Below, piece after piece: positions 19,911 to 30,868 of a stretch of 64,000 nucleotides of DNA. The position numbers were made by a program, and so were the translations under genes. The notes beneath the pieces are model-generated. The model made no database searches. It saw only the letters and a list, made by a program, of their open reading frames with translations, and had not been told where the DNA came from. The first letter of the stretch is position 1; every line of letters begins with the position of its first letter. Source of the DNA: Candidatus Spongiisociaceae bacterium (GTDB taxonomy: Bacteria; Actinomycetota; Acidimicrobiia; Spongiisociales; Spongiisociaceae); assembly GCA_965262915.1 (NCBI GenBank), contig OZ253564.1, forward strand, positions 3,328,001 to 3,392,000, given 5' to 3'.

Positions 19911-22900
19911 ATGAGGAAAAGCGTTGCTCCGCGGGGGGCAACCCCAGCGTGGGGTTCCGGCAGAGTACATGCTCGCTGCGCCGCGATGTCTTTCATAGCG
20001 GTCGTCTTGACCTTCGTCATGGTATGGAGCCAGCCGGCAGCGGCGCTGCTACCGTCGTCCGGCGAGTCTCCGGCGTCGACAAGCCAGGCAACCATGCCGG
20101 ACACGGATTCCGTGATCTGGTCAGGTTCCCTCTCGCCCTCCATCAGCCCGAGTCCGGTCGCGGTGCTCGCCGGTGGCCACCAGAGGCTGCTCTCGTTCAC
20201 GGCGACAGTGCCTCCCGTGGCCACCTCGCATCCGCCTCGGCCGGACTGGATCATTGTTATGAGCATCACCGGCACCTCGGCAACGCCGAACGTGGGTCTT
20301 GCCGGCGGAAGCGGGGGTTCCCACACCATATACCTCCGCTACAAAGAGGTGGGTGATACAAACTGGAACTCAACCATATTTCAAGCTGACACCAGACAAA
20401 GCCATGCCACCGTACCCATCGTAATGACGGGACTGACCCCCAACACGAACTACGAGATACAGGTGTCCTTCGACAGCACCGATTGGAGCCCCTTCGAGAA
20501 GGAAAGGTTTACAACCAAGAGTGCCTCCGCCACCCTACCAATAGTTAGCTCTGTATGGGGTGACGAGATGAGCGCCTGCTCGGCGAGGATATATATCACG
20601 TTTTCCAATCCCGACCGTGACAGCTTGTTGGTCTACTTCCGGTGGAAGCAGAATGTGATGGGGGCTACTTGGAGCGCCATAGGAAATTATCCCAGCGGCG
20701 GCTCTGGCGCCAACTCCCAGGTAGGTCTTTCCCCCTCTACTACCTATGTGGCCCAAGCAACCATGGATCATAACTTCGTGAACGGCATCGTAACATCTGA
20801 ACCCTTCACCACCACCGCTGCCCCGTTTGTGAGCAAAGTAGTGGCCGACCCTGTAGGGAACACCACGGCCACGTTGACTGCGACACGGGAAAACTTCTGT
20901 ATTTCCTTCCCGACATATCACTTTCGTTACAGAGTCAAGGGAACAGAGACGTGGATCACGGGGGTGGCTAATGATAATAATCGTACCCATCTCACCGGAC
21001 TGACCCCCCTCACTACATATGAAGTCGAAGTGTCATTCCACAAGAACTTTGCTCACCCATTCAAGATCGAATTCAGAACGGGAACTCCTGACCCTCCAGT
21101 TCCAAGCCTGGCCGCAATCAACCTGGTGGATGCCCAACGTACGGAACTGACCGTGGTCGTGAAAGTAGCCGATGCGGAGAATGCGGAGGTGGATCAGAAG
21201 GTGCACCTTCTCTACCAGAATCTGAGGGCGAATACGTTCAGCACCCTGCAAAGTACGCCGATAACGGATTCAGAGGCCGAGTTCCCACTCTCTGGCCTTA
21301 TATCGGGTACCAGATACGGAATCTGGGCATCTCTGGATGACTCCCTTCTCACCGACACATTGACCCCGGAAACCAAACCGGACGAGGTGCTGTCCGCCGA
21401 GTTCCCCACGATCCCACCCGGCGTGATAGGTGTATCCCCACAGACGACGGGTCAGACGACTGCGCGGCTTACGGTGACGATCGCTGAGCCGAACGGTCAG
21501 GATCAGACAGTCTACGCGCAGTACCGCACGACAAGCCCGGAGGGCAACTGGGTGGACGCCTACAAGACTCCTGACGAGCCTCCTACTACCAAGACTGACA
21601 CCGCTATCCTAAACCTGACGGGTCTCATGTCTGACACGGAGTACGAGGCGCGGGCGTCGCTTGACAGTTCTTTTCCGGATGACGAGACGGTTGTGTCCGG
21701 CACGTTCCGTACTTTGCCGCCCGGTGTGACCGGGTTGCGTGTACATGATGTCAAACAGACGAGCGCCAAGGTCACCGTCGAGTTGAGTGCTGCGAATGAG
21801 AGTACTCTCTATCTGATCTATGCACCTATCTGTGGTGTATGGGGTTCTCTTGAAGAGCCCGTTTCCACGGGTCAGGGATCCGTCGAGTTCACGTTGGAGA
21901 ACCTCATGTCCGGGACGGAGTATGAGGTTCGTATTTCCTATGATTCTCGATTGAAGGACGTAGTCGGCCAGCAGCTAGTCCCGCCGGATGGTTGTGGGAG
22001 CGGGGAAGGAAAGTCGACTAAGGGGTCCGTGGTCAAGGGCGATGGCCAAGGGTCTGTGCAAAAGGATGATCCGGTAGACTTCAACGAGCTTACCTTCTCT
22101 ACGCTTCCGCCCAGCGTCGTCAGTGTCGCAGTCGATGATCAGACTGTCAGCCAGACCGAGGCAACCGTCACGGTAACGGTCAAGGAACCCAACGGCACCG
22201 CCCAAGTACATATCCGTTACAGCACAGCCAGCAACTTCCCGAGCGGGTCCACCGAGACCGAGTCCAAGGTGGTCCCGACCACCACCAACACCAACGGCGA
22301 GGACACGATCGACTTTGTCCTAACCGGGCTCAGTGCAAGCAGCTTCTACTACGTCGAGGCATCCTATGAATCCGCCTTCCCGGATTCCGACGCCACCGAA
22401 AGCACCGACTTCACCACCAAACCACCAAGCCCGGCGGTCTCTTCGGTCGAGGTTCTCGACAGCGGTAGCAATGAGATCACCAAGACGAGTGCAAAGGCGC
22501 GAGTTCACGTCACCAACCCCGACGGCGCCGCAGAGGTGCATATCCGTTACAGCACCGATTCGAGCTTCGGGCAGGGCTCCACGATCGTCACGGGCTCCGC
22601 CACTCCTGGGACCGGTGCCACCTACGCTGATTTCACGTTCTCCAGCCTGACTTCGGGTACGACCTACTACGTGCAGGCTTCGTACGACAACACCTTCCCG
22701 GCGACCGACGCCACCAAGACCACCCACTTCATTACCGATCCCCCCGCCCTCACCGACGTGACAGCCAGCGACCTCACCCAGACCGGCGCTACGGTCACCG
22801 TCACGGTTGACAAACCCAACGACACGTCCGTCCGGCTCCACTACATGTCCGCAGGCGGAAGCTGGAGCACGACCGATCTCAACAACGCCGTGTTCGACGC

Positions 22901-25900
22901 GAACGCAGACACCTACACCTTCGATCTCACAGGACTCATCTCCGGAACCGAATACACGGTGTACGCGTCCTACGACAGCACCCCACCATCCACCGAAGCC
23001 ACGCTCGCGGCAGCCCAAAGCGACACCTTCACCACTGTCGATCCGAATATCACCGATGTCGAAATCGACGACCAGAGCATCACCCAGACGGCGGCAACTG
23101 TCTCGGTGACCGTCGACGAACCCAACAGCACCCCTGTACAACTGCACTACAAGAAGACCTCGGAGTCGACCTGGAGCGGTCCCATGTCCGCGACTGCCGA
23201 TCCGAACACCAAGAAGGCGACGTTCGCCCTTGACGATCTCACCTCCGGGACCGGGTACACGGTGTTCGCGTCCTACGACCGCACCCCGCCGTCGGCCGGG
23301 GCCACGTTGGCTGATGAGCAGACCGACACGTTCATGACTGATCCTCCGACTGTTGAGAAGGTCGAGGCGACGGACAAGACTGACACCACGGCGGAGATCA
23401 CGGTCACCATCGCCGAACCGAATGGGGCGATCCAGACGGTGAGTGTCCGTTATCAGACGACCCCGTCGGGTAACTGGGTCACTATCCAGCCGGATCCCAC
23501 GACTGACCCCACCACTGACCACGCCACAGCCGTCGTAAACCTGGGCAGCCTCACGGCCAATACCCAGTACAGGGTGGAGGCGACCCTTTCCGGGAGCTTT
23601 GCCCAGGGGGTCAAGTCGACCACGTTCACGACTAACTCGTCTGGTCCTGGCGTCTCGAAGGTGGTGATGTCCGGCGAGACGCAGACGGGCGCCACTGCCA
23701 CCATCACCATCGCCAACGTGACCGCCGCGACCGCCGTTTACCTGCAATACCGGGAACCCGGATCGAATACTTGGAGTGACCCGCCCCAGGAGGGAGCCAG
23801 TACCACCGCTACTCCTGGCACTGCGGTGATCAAGCTGACCGGACTCACATCCGGAACCCAATACGAGGTGCAAGCGTCCCTCGACAACACCTTCGAGGCC
23901 GGCGTCCAGTCCGCCACCTTCACCACCGAACCCCCCAGTGCGTCCGCCGTGGACGTGATCGAGAAGAGCGCCAGATCGGCCAAGGTGCGAGTGGCGGTGA
24001 GTGAACCCAACGGTAAGACGACACTGTTCCTGCGTTATGGCTCCGGCGGTAACTGGAAAAGGGATTTCGCTTCGAATGTGAGTACCGAAGACGTTGAATT
24101 CAATCTCATCGGGCTCGAACCCGACAGCACGTATCAGGTGGAGGCGTCGTTCGACAGCACTTTCCCTCAAGACGCAACCGCTACAGGTACTGTCCATACT
24201 CCGCATCTCGATGCGCCGACGGTCGACGTGCCTGGCAAGGGCCAGACCACGGCCACGGTAGGCATCACGGTCTCGTCGCCGGATGATCAGGATGGGGTGG
24301 TCTTCTACCGCCATCGGGAAACCCCCGCGGGTTCGTGGAGCAGTATCCGGGCGGCTGTGGTCACCGGTGGATCGGCCACCGCGACCCTGTCGGGCCTTAC
24401 GTCCGATACGGAGCACACGGTGGAAGCCTCGCTGAGCCGAAGCTTCCCGCCCAACGCCACCGGGTCGTTCACCTTCACCACCGAGCCCCCGGGTGTCGAC
24501 GAGGTGGAGGTAACGGACAAGACAGAGACAACGGCGGAGGTTACCGTCACGATTTCGGCGCCCAACGGTGAGTCCCAGACCGTGTCTTTGGAGTACGACA
24601 CCAGCGTCAATACCGATCAGGGCACCTGGGGCAACAGCGAGCCGGGCTCGAGTAGCGACGACGAGGCGACCATCAACCTCAACGGGCTGTTGTCGGGTAT
24701 CCAGTACACGGTGCGGGCGTCTCTGACTGACGATTTCAGCGGAGAGACCCGTACGGCCACGTTCACGACCTCGTCCACCAGCCCGCACGTCGCCCGTGTC
24801 GAGGTTCTCGACGAGGATATCGAACAGACCGAGGCTACCGCAACCATCAGCATCGCCAACGTGACCGCAGCGACCAACGTTTACCTGCGTTACCGGACCA
24901 GCCCGTCGGGAGCCTGGAGCGACCCCATATTGGACGGCGCCAGCACCGCCACCGATCCCGGGACGGCCACCATCAAGATGACCGGACTCACCTCCGGCAC
25001 CCAATATCAGGTGCAAGCCTCCCTCAACAACAGTTTCACAGAGGGAGTCCAGTCGGCGACTTTCCGCACCCTGAGTCCCGTCGTCTCCGGGGTCAGCGTT
25101 ACAGACGTGACCCGAAGCGAGGCGACCGTCACGGTGGACGTCACCGCCCCCAACGGCGACCCGGTGTTCCTGCAGTACCGGACCGGCAGCAATGAATGGA
25201 TCGGCCACTTCGCCAATGTCGGCACCGAGGATTCCTCGGTCGACTTCAGTCTCCGAGGGCTCACCTCCGGCACGACCTACACCGTGCAGGCATCCTACGA
25301 CAGCGCCTTCATCACGGGCGTCGAGCCCGCCACCTTCACCACCCAGTCGGCCCCGCGTCCTCGTCCGACCGGTGGCGGCGGCAACACGGGCGGCGGCAAC
25401 ACGGGCGGGGGAGGCAACGGAGGGAACAAGAATCAACCGCCCGAGTTCATGGAAGGCACCAGGACAGTCCGTTCAGTGATTGAGAACACCCCGTCCGGCG
25501 AGGACGTCGGTAAACCGATCCCGGCCGACGATCCCGAGAACGACGACCTGACCTATTCCCTGGTCGGCCCGGACGCCGGCGATTTCGACGTTGAGGACGA
25601 CTCGGGCCAGTTGCTGACCAGATCCCCCCTCGACTTCGAGACCAAGACCCACTTCTTAGTGACCGTCTCCGTGCGGGACGGCGTGGACAGCGAAGGCGAG
25701 GACGACACCCGGCGCGACGACCAGATCCTGGTCGCGATCCTCGTGACCGACGAGGACGAAACGCCCAACCAGCCGCCCGCACTCACCGAGACCCCGCGAA
25801 CTGTTCGCATGGTGGCGGAGAACACCCGGTCAGGTGTCGCGGTGGGTGATCCCATCGAAGCGACCGATCCCGAAGGCGACGCCTTGACCTACTCACTCAA

Positions 25901-27233
25901 CCACCGGGACGGTCAGCACTTCGATATCGTCGAGACCTCCGGCCAACTGCTGACCAGATCCCCCCTCGATTTCGAAACCAAGGCCGGCTACATGGTGAGC
26001 GTGTCGGTACGGGACGGCAAGGACACGCGAGGCAGCGAGGACAGCGCCAACGACGACACGATCATGGTGACGGTGGTGGTGACAGACCGGGAGGAGCCCG
26101 GCACGGTGACCCTGTCGGCGCTGAGACCCCGCGTGGGCATCCCGCTCACCGCCGTTCTGACCGACCCGGACGGTGGCGTCACCGACGTCGGCTGGGTGTG
26201 GGAGCGTTCCGAGGACCGGGCCGGCTGGACGGCCATCAGCGACGCTACCTCGACTGCCTACACACCGACCACCGAGGACGAGGGCCACTACCTGCGGATC
26301 ACCGCATCCTACGCGGACCGACGCGGCGGCTCGAAGACCGCCTACGCGGAGCCCGACGCACCGGTGACCGAGGGCATCGACGAGGAGTTCACGGACGTGG
26401 ACGATACGAATGTCCACAAGCCGGCCATCGAAGCCCTCGCCTCCCAGGGTGTTTTCGTCGATACCGAGTGCGGTGACCAGCTGTTCTGTCCCGACCTTCC
26501 CATGACGCGGTGGGCGATGGCGGTATGGATTCTCCGGATCCTCGCCGACGAACCCGACACGGTCATCGGCGTTTCCCGGTTCGCCGACATAGCCCCCGGT
26601 CACTGGTGGATTCGGTACGTGGAGCGGCTCGCCGACCGCAAGATCACCATCGGATGCAAACTCGAGCCGTTCCGGTACTGCCCCGACCGCCCCGTCACCA
26701 GGGCCCAGATGGCCAGCTTCCTGGTCCGGGCTCTCGACCTCGAACCGGCGCCCTCGGCCGGCTTCACGGACACCGAGCGCACCGTGCACGCCGCCAACAT
26801 CGACGCGCTGTTCGCTGTCGGGATAACGATCGGATGCACCACCGAACCGCTCCGTTACTGCCCCTACGAGCCGGTCACCAGAGCCCAGATGGCCACCTTC
26901 CTGTACCGGATGGCGCCGCGGCTGGACAGGCAGGCGCTGGTGGCGATCTTCAACGCTACCGGAGGGCCCAACTGGAAGAAGAGCACCAACTGGGTCACCG
27001 ACGAACCGATCAGTGAATGGTACGGCGTCGAGACCGACTCAGGCGGACGCGTCAGCAGCCTCGACTTGGTCGACAACGGGCTCAACGGGGCGATACCCCC
27101 CGAGATCGTCATCCTCACCAAACTCGAGAACCTGAAACTGGCCGACAACGTCCTTCTCGGGTGTATCCCGGAGGGTGCGCGAGACATCCCCCGAAGCGAC
27201 CTCGACGGGTACGACCTCCCGTACTGCGAATAG
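19911..27233 (+). CDS. Giant surface protein: signal peptide, ~17 FN3-like repeats, Gly-rich linker, 2 cadherin-like domains, Ig-like domain, SLH domains, short C-terminal LRR module
   Basis: LxxLxSGTxYxVxAS(Y/L)D..FxT repeats; NQPPEF..DPEND.LTYSL..LDFETK; TRAQMA; DRQALVAIFNATGGPNW..WYGV..LNGAIPPE; start approximate. Confidence 0.88.
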   Translation: MRKSVAPRGATPAWGSGRVHARCAAMSFIAVVLTFVMVWSQPAAALLPSSGESPASTSQATMPDTDSVIWSGSLSPSISPSPVAVLAGGHQRLLSFTATVPPVATSHPPRPDWIIVMSITGTSATPNVGLAGGSGGSHTIYLRYKEVGDTNWNSTIFQADTRQSHATVPIVMTGLTPNTNYEIQVSFDSTDWSPFEKERFTTKSASATLPIVSSVWGDEMSACSARIYITFSNPDRDSLLVYFRWKQNVMGATWSAIGNYPSGGSGANSQVGLSPSTTYVAQATMDHNFVNGIVTSEPFTTTAAPFVSKVVADPVGNTTATLTATRENFCISFPTYHFRYRVKGTETWITGVANDNNRTHLTGLTPLTTYEVEVSFHKNFAHPFKIEFRTGTPDPPVPSLAAINLVDAQRTELTVVVKVADAENAEVDQKVHLLYQNLRANTFSTLQSTPITDSEAEFPLSGLISGTRYGIWASLDDSLLTDTLTPETKPDEVLSAEFPTIPPGVIGVSPQTTGQTTARLTVTIAEPNGQDQTVYAQYRTTSPEGNWVDAYKTPDEPPTTKTDTAILNLTGLMSDTEYEARASLDSSFPDDETVVSGTFRTLPPGVTGLRVHDVKQTSAKVTVELSAANESTLYLIYAPICGVWGSLEEPVSTGQGSVEFTLENLMSGTEYEVRISYDSRLKDVVGQQLVPPDGCGSGEGKSTKGSVVKGDGQGSVQKDDPVDFNELTFSTLPPSVVSVAVDDQTVSQTEATVTVTVKEPNGTAQVHIRYSTASNFPSGSTETESKVVPTTTNTNGEDTIDFVLTGLSASSFYYVEASYESAFPDSDATESTDFTTKPPSPAVSSVEVLDSGSNEITKTSAKARVHVTNPDGAAEVHIRYSTDSSFGQGSTIVTGSATPGTGATYADFTFSSLTSGTTYYVQASYDNTFPATDATKTTHFITDPPALTDVTASDLTQTGATVTVTVDKPNDTSVRLHYMSAGGSWSTTDLNNAVFDANADTYTFDLTGLISGTEYTVYASYDSTPPSTEATLAAAQSDTFTTVDPNITDVEIDDQSITQTAATVSVTVDEPNSTPVQLHYKKTSESTWSGPMSATADPNTKKATFALDDLTSGTGYTVFASYDRTPPSAGATLADEQTDTFMTDPPTVEKVEATDKTDTTAEITVTIAEPNGAIQTVSVRYQTTPSGNWVTIQPDPTTDPTTDHATAVVNLGSLTANTQYRVEATLSGSFAQGVKSTTFTTNSSGPGVSKVVMSGETQTGATATITIANVTAATAVYLQYREPGSNTWSDPPQEGASTTATPGTAVIKLTGLTSGTQYEVQASLDNTFEAGVQSATFTTEPPSASAVDVIEKSARSAKVRVAVSEPNGKTTLFLRYGSGGNWKRDFASNVSTEDVEFNLIGLEPDSTYQVEASFDSTFPQDATATGTVHTPHLDAPTVDVPGKGQTTATVGITVSSPDDQDGVVFYRHRETPAGSWSSIRAAVVTGGSATATLSGLTSDTEHTVEASLSRSFPPNATGSFTFTTEPPGVDEVEVTDKTETTAEVTVTISAPNGESQTVSLEYDTSVNTDQGTWGNSEPGSSSDDEATINLNGLLSGIQYTVRASLTDDFSGETRTATFTTSSTSPHVARVEVLDEDIEQTEATATISIANVTAATNVYLRYRTSPSGAWSDPILDGASTATDPGTATIKMTGLTSGTQYQVQASLNNSFTEGVQSATFRTLSPVVSGVSVTDVTRSEATVTVDVTAPNGDPVFLQYRTGSNEWIGHFANVGTEDSSVDFSLRGLTSGTTYTVQASYDSAFITGVEPATFTTQSAPRPRPTGGGGNTGGGNTGGGGNGGNKNQPPEFMEGTRTVRSVIENTPSGEDVGKPIPADDPENDDLTYSLVGPDAGDFDVEDDSGQLLTRSPLDFETKTHFLVTVSVRDGVDSEGEDDTRRDDQILVAILVTDEDETPNQPPALTETPRTVRMVAENTRSGVAVGDPIEATDPEGDALTYSLNHRDGQHFDIVETSGQLLTRSPLDFETKAGYMVSVSVRDGKDTRGSEDSANDDTIMVTVVVTDREEPGTVTLSALRPRVGIPLTAVLTDPDGGVTDVGWVWERSEDRAGWTAISDATSTAYTPTTEDEGHYLRITASYADRRGGSKTAYAEPDAPVTEGIDEEFTDVDDTNVHKPAIEALASQGVFVDTECGDQLFCPDLPMTRWAMAVWILRILADEPDTVIGVSRFADIAPGHWWIRYVERLADRKITIGCKLEPFRYCPDRPVTRAQMASFLVRALDLEPAPSAGFTDTERTVHAANIDALFAVGITIGCTTEPLRYCPYEPVTRAQMATFLYRMAPRLDRQALVAIFNATGGPNWKKSTNWVTDEPISEWYGVETDSGGRVSSLDLVDNGLNGAIPPEIVILTKLENLKLADNVLLGCIPEGARDIPRSDLDGYDLPYCE

Positions 27234-27293
27234 CCATGCCGCGCCGGTAGGCGGGATGCCGGTTCGGATCCGGGCTCTGGAAGCTATGGACTA

Positions 27294-27470
27294 GCCCCAA
27301 TTCTTCAGGATTTGGAGGGCCACCTCCCTTGAAGCTGGTGGGGCAGGAGCCTCTGACCTGGGATTTGTGAGTGTTGACGAACCCGGGTGCCCCGCACAGG
27401 AGTCTCACCCACAGGGTGAGCGGCGACAGGACGCACTTGTCGATTCACCTGGCCGGTGGTGGAACCAGGC
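27294..27470. mobile_element. Possible non-autonomous IS remnant (IS1380-like ends)
   Basis: Starts GCCCCAATTCTTCA after CTA, ends GGTGGAACCAGGC; non-coding; family assignment tentative. Confidence 0.3.
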
Positions 27471-27663
27471 TTGACTACTGACTATCAACATCGACCGCCA
27501 ACACTGACCAGTGACCACTGGCCCTGGCACCTGGCACCTGGCACCTCGCACCGACCCCCCAACAAACGGGGCACCCCCCAGTATGAGTGAATCAGGGCTA
27601 GGTTGCCCGCACCACCCCCGTCCCACCAGAATGCGCCCGGAGCGCGAGAATCCGAGGAGTGCC

Positions 27664-29415
27664 ATGACTGTTGGTGAAAGATCCACCCCCCTCATTGAGG
27701 AGCTGCCCGGACTCGATGTCACCGTCGAGCGCGATGTAGCGGCCACCATGCGAGACGGGACCGTGCTGCGATCCGACGTATACCGGCCCCGGACCCGGAC
27801 CGACCTGCCGGTGCTTCTCATCCGGAGCATCTACGACAAGCGGTCCGGTACGCCCACGTTCGGTAGCGCCCATCCCGCATGGTGGGCGGCGCAGGGCTAC
27901 GTGGTGGTGTCCCAGGATTGCCGCGGCCGCTATGCCTCCGAGGGAGAGTTCTACCCCTACCTCCACGAGATGAACGACGGCTACGACTCGGTGGAGTGGG
28001 CGGCGCGCCTACCCGGCAGCGACGGGCAGGTCGGGATGATGGGCTTCTCGTACGTCGGGGCCACCCAGTTGCTGGCAGCCGTGACCGCGCCCCCCTCGCT
28101 GGCCTCGATCACTCCCGCTTTCACCGCTTCCCAGTACTACGACGGGTGGACCTACAACGGAGGAGCCTTCGCACTCGCCTTCATCGGCTACTGGGCCAAC
28201 CTGCTGGCGCTGGAGACCGCCCAGAGAGCCGGCGATCTGGACGCCCACATCCAGCTGGGAGCGGGTCTCGGCAATGCTCCGGCCTGGTACTGGTCACTTC
28301 CGGTGGCCGCCTACCCGCCCCTCCAGGTGCCCTACGCCCCGTACTTCAAGGACTGGGTGGATCACTGCTCCTACGACGACTACTGGAAGCGGTGGAGCAT
28401 CGACGAGGACTACAGCCGCATCGACGTGCCGGCGCTGCACGTGGCCGGCTGGTACGACGTATTCCTGACCGGGACCGTCAGGAACTTCGTTGGGCTGTCG
28501 GGTTCCGGCCACGACGAACACACGAGACGGAACCAGAAGCTGGTGATGGGACCGTGGGCGCACATGCCGTGGACCCCGGTCAGCCGCCTCGGATCGGACG
28601 GTCCGTCCACGATGGAGATCGACTCGTGGCTGGTGCGGTGGTTCGACCAGACCCTCAAAGGTGAGGATACGGGGGTCTTCGACAGCCGGGTGACGGCGTT
28701 CACCCTCGACGGGGGATGGCGCGACTTCGATTCCTGGCCTCCCCGGGAGGCGGTGGTCGAGGACTGGTTCGTCCACTCGCAGGGATGTGCCAACTCCAAG
28801 TTCGGGGACGGAACCCTGGATCGGACTCCCCCGGGGGACGAGCCTCCGGACCTGTACATCCACGAGCCCGGCGTGCCGATCCCGTCGATGGGAGGGCACT
28901 CGTGCTGCTTCGACACCATCACCCCGATGGGACCGGCCGATCAACATTCCGCAGAGGTATCCCGCATGATGCTGGTCTACACATCGGAACCCCTCACCGA
29001 GGACATCGAGTTGGTGGGCGACGCCGAAGTGACCCTGTACGCGGCCAGCACGACCGCCGACACCGACTTCACGGCCCGGCTCTGCGTCGTCGACGAGTCC
29101 GGCAAGTCGGTGAACCTCCAGGAGGGGATCCTGCGAGCGCGCTATCGGGACTCCCTGGTCGATCCAGCACTCCTGAGTCCGGGGAAGGTCTACGAGTTCA
29201 AGATCGAACTCGGACCGGTGGGTGCCCGGGTCGGGGCCGGTTCCCGCCTGCGTCTCGACATCGCCAGTTCGGACTTCCCGCAGTGGGACCGCAACCTCAA
29301 CACCGGCGCCAAGCCCCTGACCGACGGCCCGCTCGACTCGACCCCTGCCACCCAGACCGTCCTGCACAACCGTTCCCACCCCACGCGGGTAAGCCTGCCC
29401 GTACTCAGGAGGTGA
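27664..29415 (+). CDS. CocE/NonD family serine hydrolase
   Basis: MRDGTVLRSDVYRP, QDCRGRYASEG, GFSYVG nucleophile, GWYD, GPWAH, DRNLNTG. Confidence 0.93.
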   Translation: MTVGERSTPLIEELPGLDVTVERDVAATMRDGTVLRSDVYRPRTRTDLPVLLIRSIYDKRSGTPTFGSAHPAWWAAQGYVVVSQDCRGRYASEGEFYPYLHEMNDGYDSVEWAARLPGSDGQVGMMGFSYVGATQLLAAVTAPPSLASITPAFTASQYYDGWTYNGGAFALAFIGYWANLLALETAQRAGDLDAHIQLGAGLGNAPAWYWSLPVAAYPPLQVPYAPYFKDWVDHCSYDDYWKRWSIDEDYSRIDVPALHVAGWYDVFLTGTVRNFVGLSGSGHDEHTRRNQKLVMGPWAHMPWTPVSRLGSDGPSTMEIDSWLVRWFDQTLKGEDTGVFDSRVTAFTLDGGWRDFDSWPPREAVVEDWFVHSQGCANSKFGDGTLDRTPPGDEPPDLYIHEPGVPIPSMGGHSCCFDTITPMGPADQHSAEVSRMMLVYTSEPLTEDIELVGDAEVTLYAASTTADTDFTARLCVVDESGKSVNLQEGILRARYRDSLVDPALLSPGKVYEFKIELGPVGARVGAGSRLRLDIASSDFPQWDRNLNTGAKPLTDGPLDSTPATQTVLHNRSHPTRVSLPVLRR

Positions 29416-29574
29416 GGGGTTTCCAGCACTTTGTGGAACGTGGCGCGTAGGCCGGATGAACCAATGGGCGGTCAAGGATCGCCGACCTCTTCGTTGTAGA
29501 ATGGTCATAGGTTTCCTATTTCGCCGGCGATACCAGCGTGTACGATCCCGATTAGTTGTGGACAGGCAGAGGCG

Positions 29575-29943
29575 ATGACCACGCACAACCTTCAAGAGTT
29601 CGACTACGCGCTTCCTTCTGAGGACTAAGTTGAGGAGGCTATCGCTCTGAAGGTTGCAGGCTTCAAGCAAGCGTTCGGAGATCGGCTGGCACAAGTGTGG
29701 CTGCATGGTTCGCGAGCCAGGGGAACTCACCGTCCCGATTCCGACGTGGACCTGGTTATAGCGATTCGCGAACACCCGCCCCATCATGACGTATTCGATC
29801 TCATTGCTTCCGTTCAAGTCCCGATATGGCTTTCACACCGTGTGTTGATCGAAAGCCACCCGACCACGTTGGAGAGGCTAGAGGACAGCGACGACGACTT
29901 TCACCATTCTGTCAGGGCTGAAGGGCGTCGCGTCGATGGATGA
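29575..29943 (+). pseudogene. Minimal nucleotidyltransferase (MNT) antitoxin with internal TAA at 29626
   Basis: VWLHGSRARG..DSDVDLV; the frame extends upstream through one stop codon to ATG 29575 with RBS. Confidence 0.75.
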
Positions 29944-30090
29944 CCGTCATATCGAAGGGCTGATGGCAGATAGTCGAACGGAGCTAAGTTCGGCACGTGC
30001 CAGACTTCTGGAAGGGCTATATCGTCAGAGTGTGCGGAATAGTTATTTCGGCCGTTTTCTATGCCATCAAGGCGGGTCTGGGGAATAGTG
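29936..30090 (+). pseudogene. HEPN-domain toxin N-terminal remnant, frameshifted and truncated
   Basis: ELSSARARLLEGLYRQSVRNSYF / AVFYAIKAGL across a frameshift; overlaps the MNT stop. Confidence 0.6.
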
Positions 30091-30295
30091 ACTCACCGAG
30101 GCACTGGCCGACGATTCCCACCTCTGGTCGATCCGGTGAGCAGAAGACGCGGTTCCTGCTGCACCTCGTCCACGGTCACCGGCTGAGTCCCACGCAAGAC
30201 TTAGGTAGCATTCCGCCGGGACCGAGGCGGAGCAAGCAACCTCGGGTTCCGGAACAGGTTCACCCACCGACCCCCGGCGGAGGGAGGGAGGCAAC

Positions 30296-30868
30296 ATGAG
30301 CGAGTTCAGAGATCAAACTCTCTACGAGGAGGGATCGGACGCCGGTGGGATGCCGGAGGACCACATCGAAACATTCCTCGGCAGCCCCGACAGCACGTGG
30401 CTGCTCAAGCTGGCGTTCACGAAGGAGGACGGCTGGCCGATGGTGGTCCCTCTCTGGTACCAGTGGGACGGCGAGGTCTTCTACCTGGTGGGGCGCAAGC
30501 GCTCTAAGTGGGTGGCGGATCTGAAACGGAACCCGCAGTGTGCCGTCTGCATCGAGGAACTGGCCCATCCCCGGATCCGAAAGGTGCTGGCGCAGTGCAC
30601 CGCCGAGGTCGTCGAGGGTCCCGCCAAGGGGGAAGGATCGCAGTGGGTGCCGATCGCCGAGGAGATGGCGGCCCGCTATATGGGGCCGACCGGACCGGAG
30701 CAGTTGAAGGCCTCTTGGGACTGGGATCGCTACCTGGTGAAGCTGGTCCCCCGAGACGGGAAGCTCACCTCCTGGCAGGGCGCCGACTGGGCCTCTCGCT
30801 ACTTCGATCCCGGACAGCGGCCCGATCTCGAAGCCAGGGCAGGGCAGCGGCAGACGGCCGGGGAGTGA
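30296..30868 (+). CDS. Pyridoxamine 5'-phosphate oxidase family (split-barrel flavin/F420-binding) protein
   Basis: DGWPMVVPLWY.WDG..FY..KRSKWVADLKRNPQCAVCI. Confidence 0.85.
   Translation: MSEFRDQTLYEEGSDAGGMPEDHIETFLGSPDSTWLLKLAFTKEDGWPMVVPLWYQWDGEVFYLVGRKRSKWVADLKRNPQCAVCIEELAHPRIRKVLAQCTAEVVEGPAKGEGSQWVPIAEEMAARYMGPTGPEQLKASWDWDRYLVKLVPRDGKLTSWQGADWASRYFDPGQRPDLEARAGQRQTAGE

Noticed and set aside
22320-25436. 1038-aa ORF on the minus strand
   Set aside because: Antisense shadow of the GC-rich repetitive adhesin gene; no recognisable motifs.
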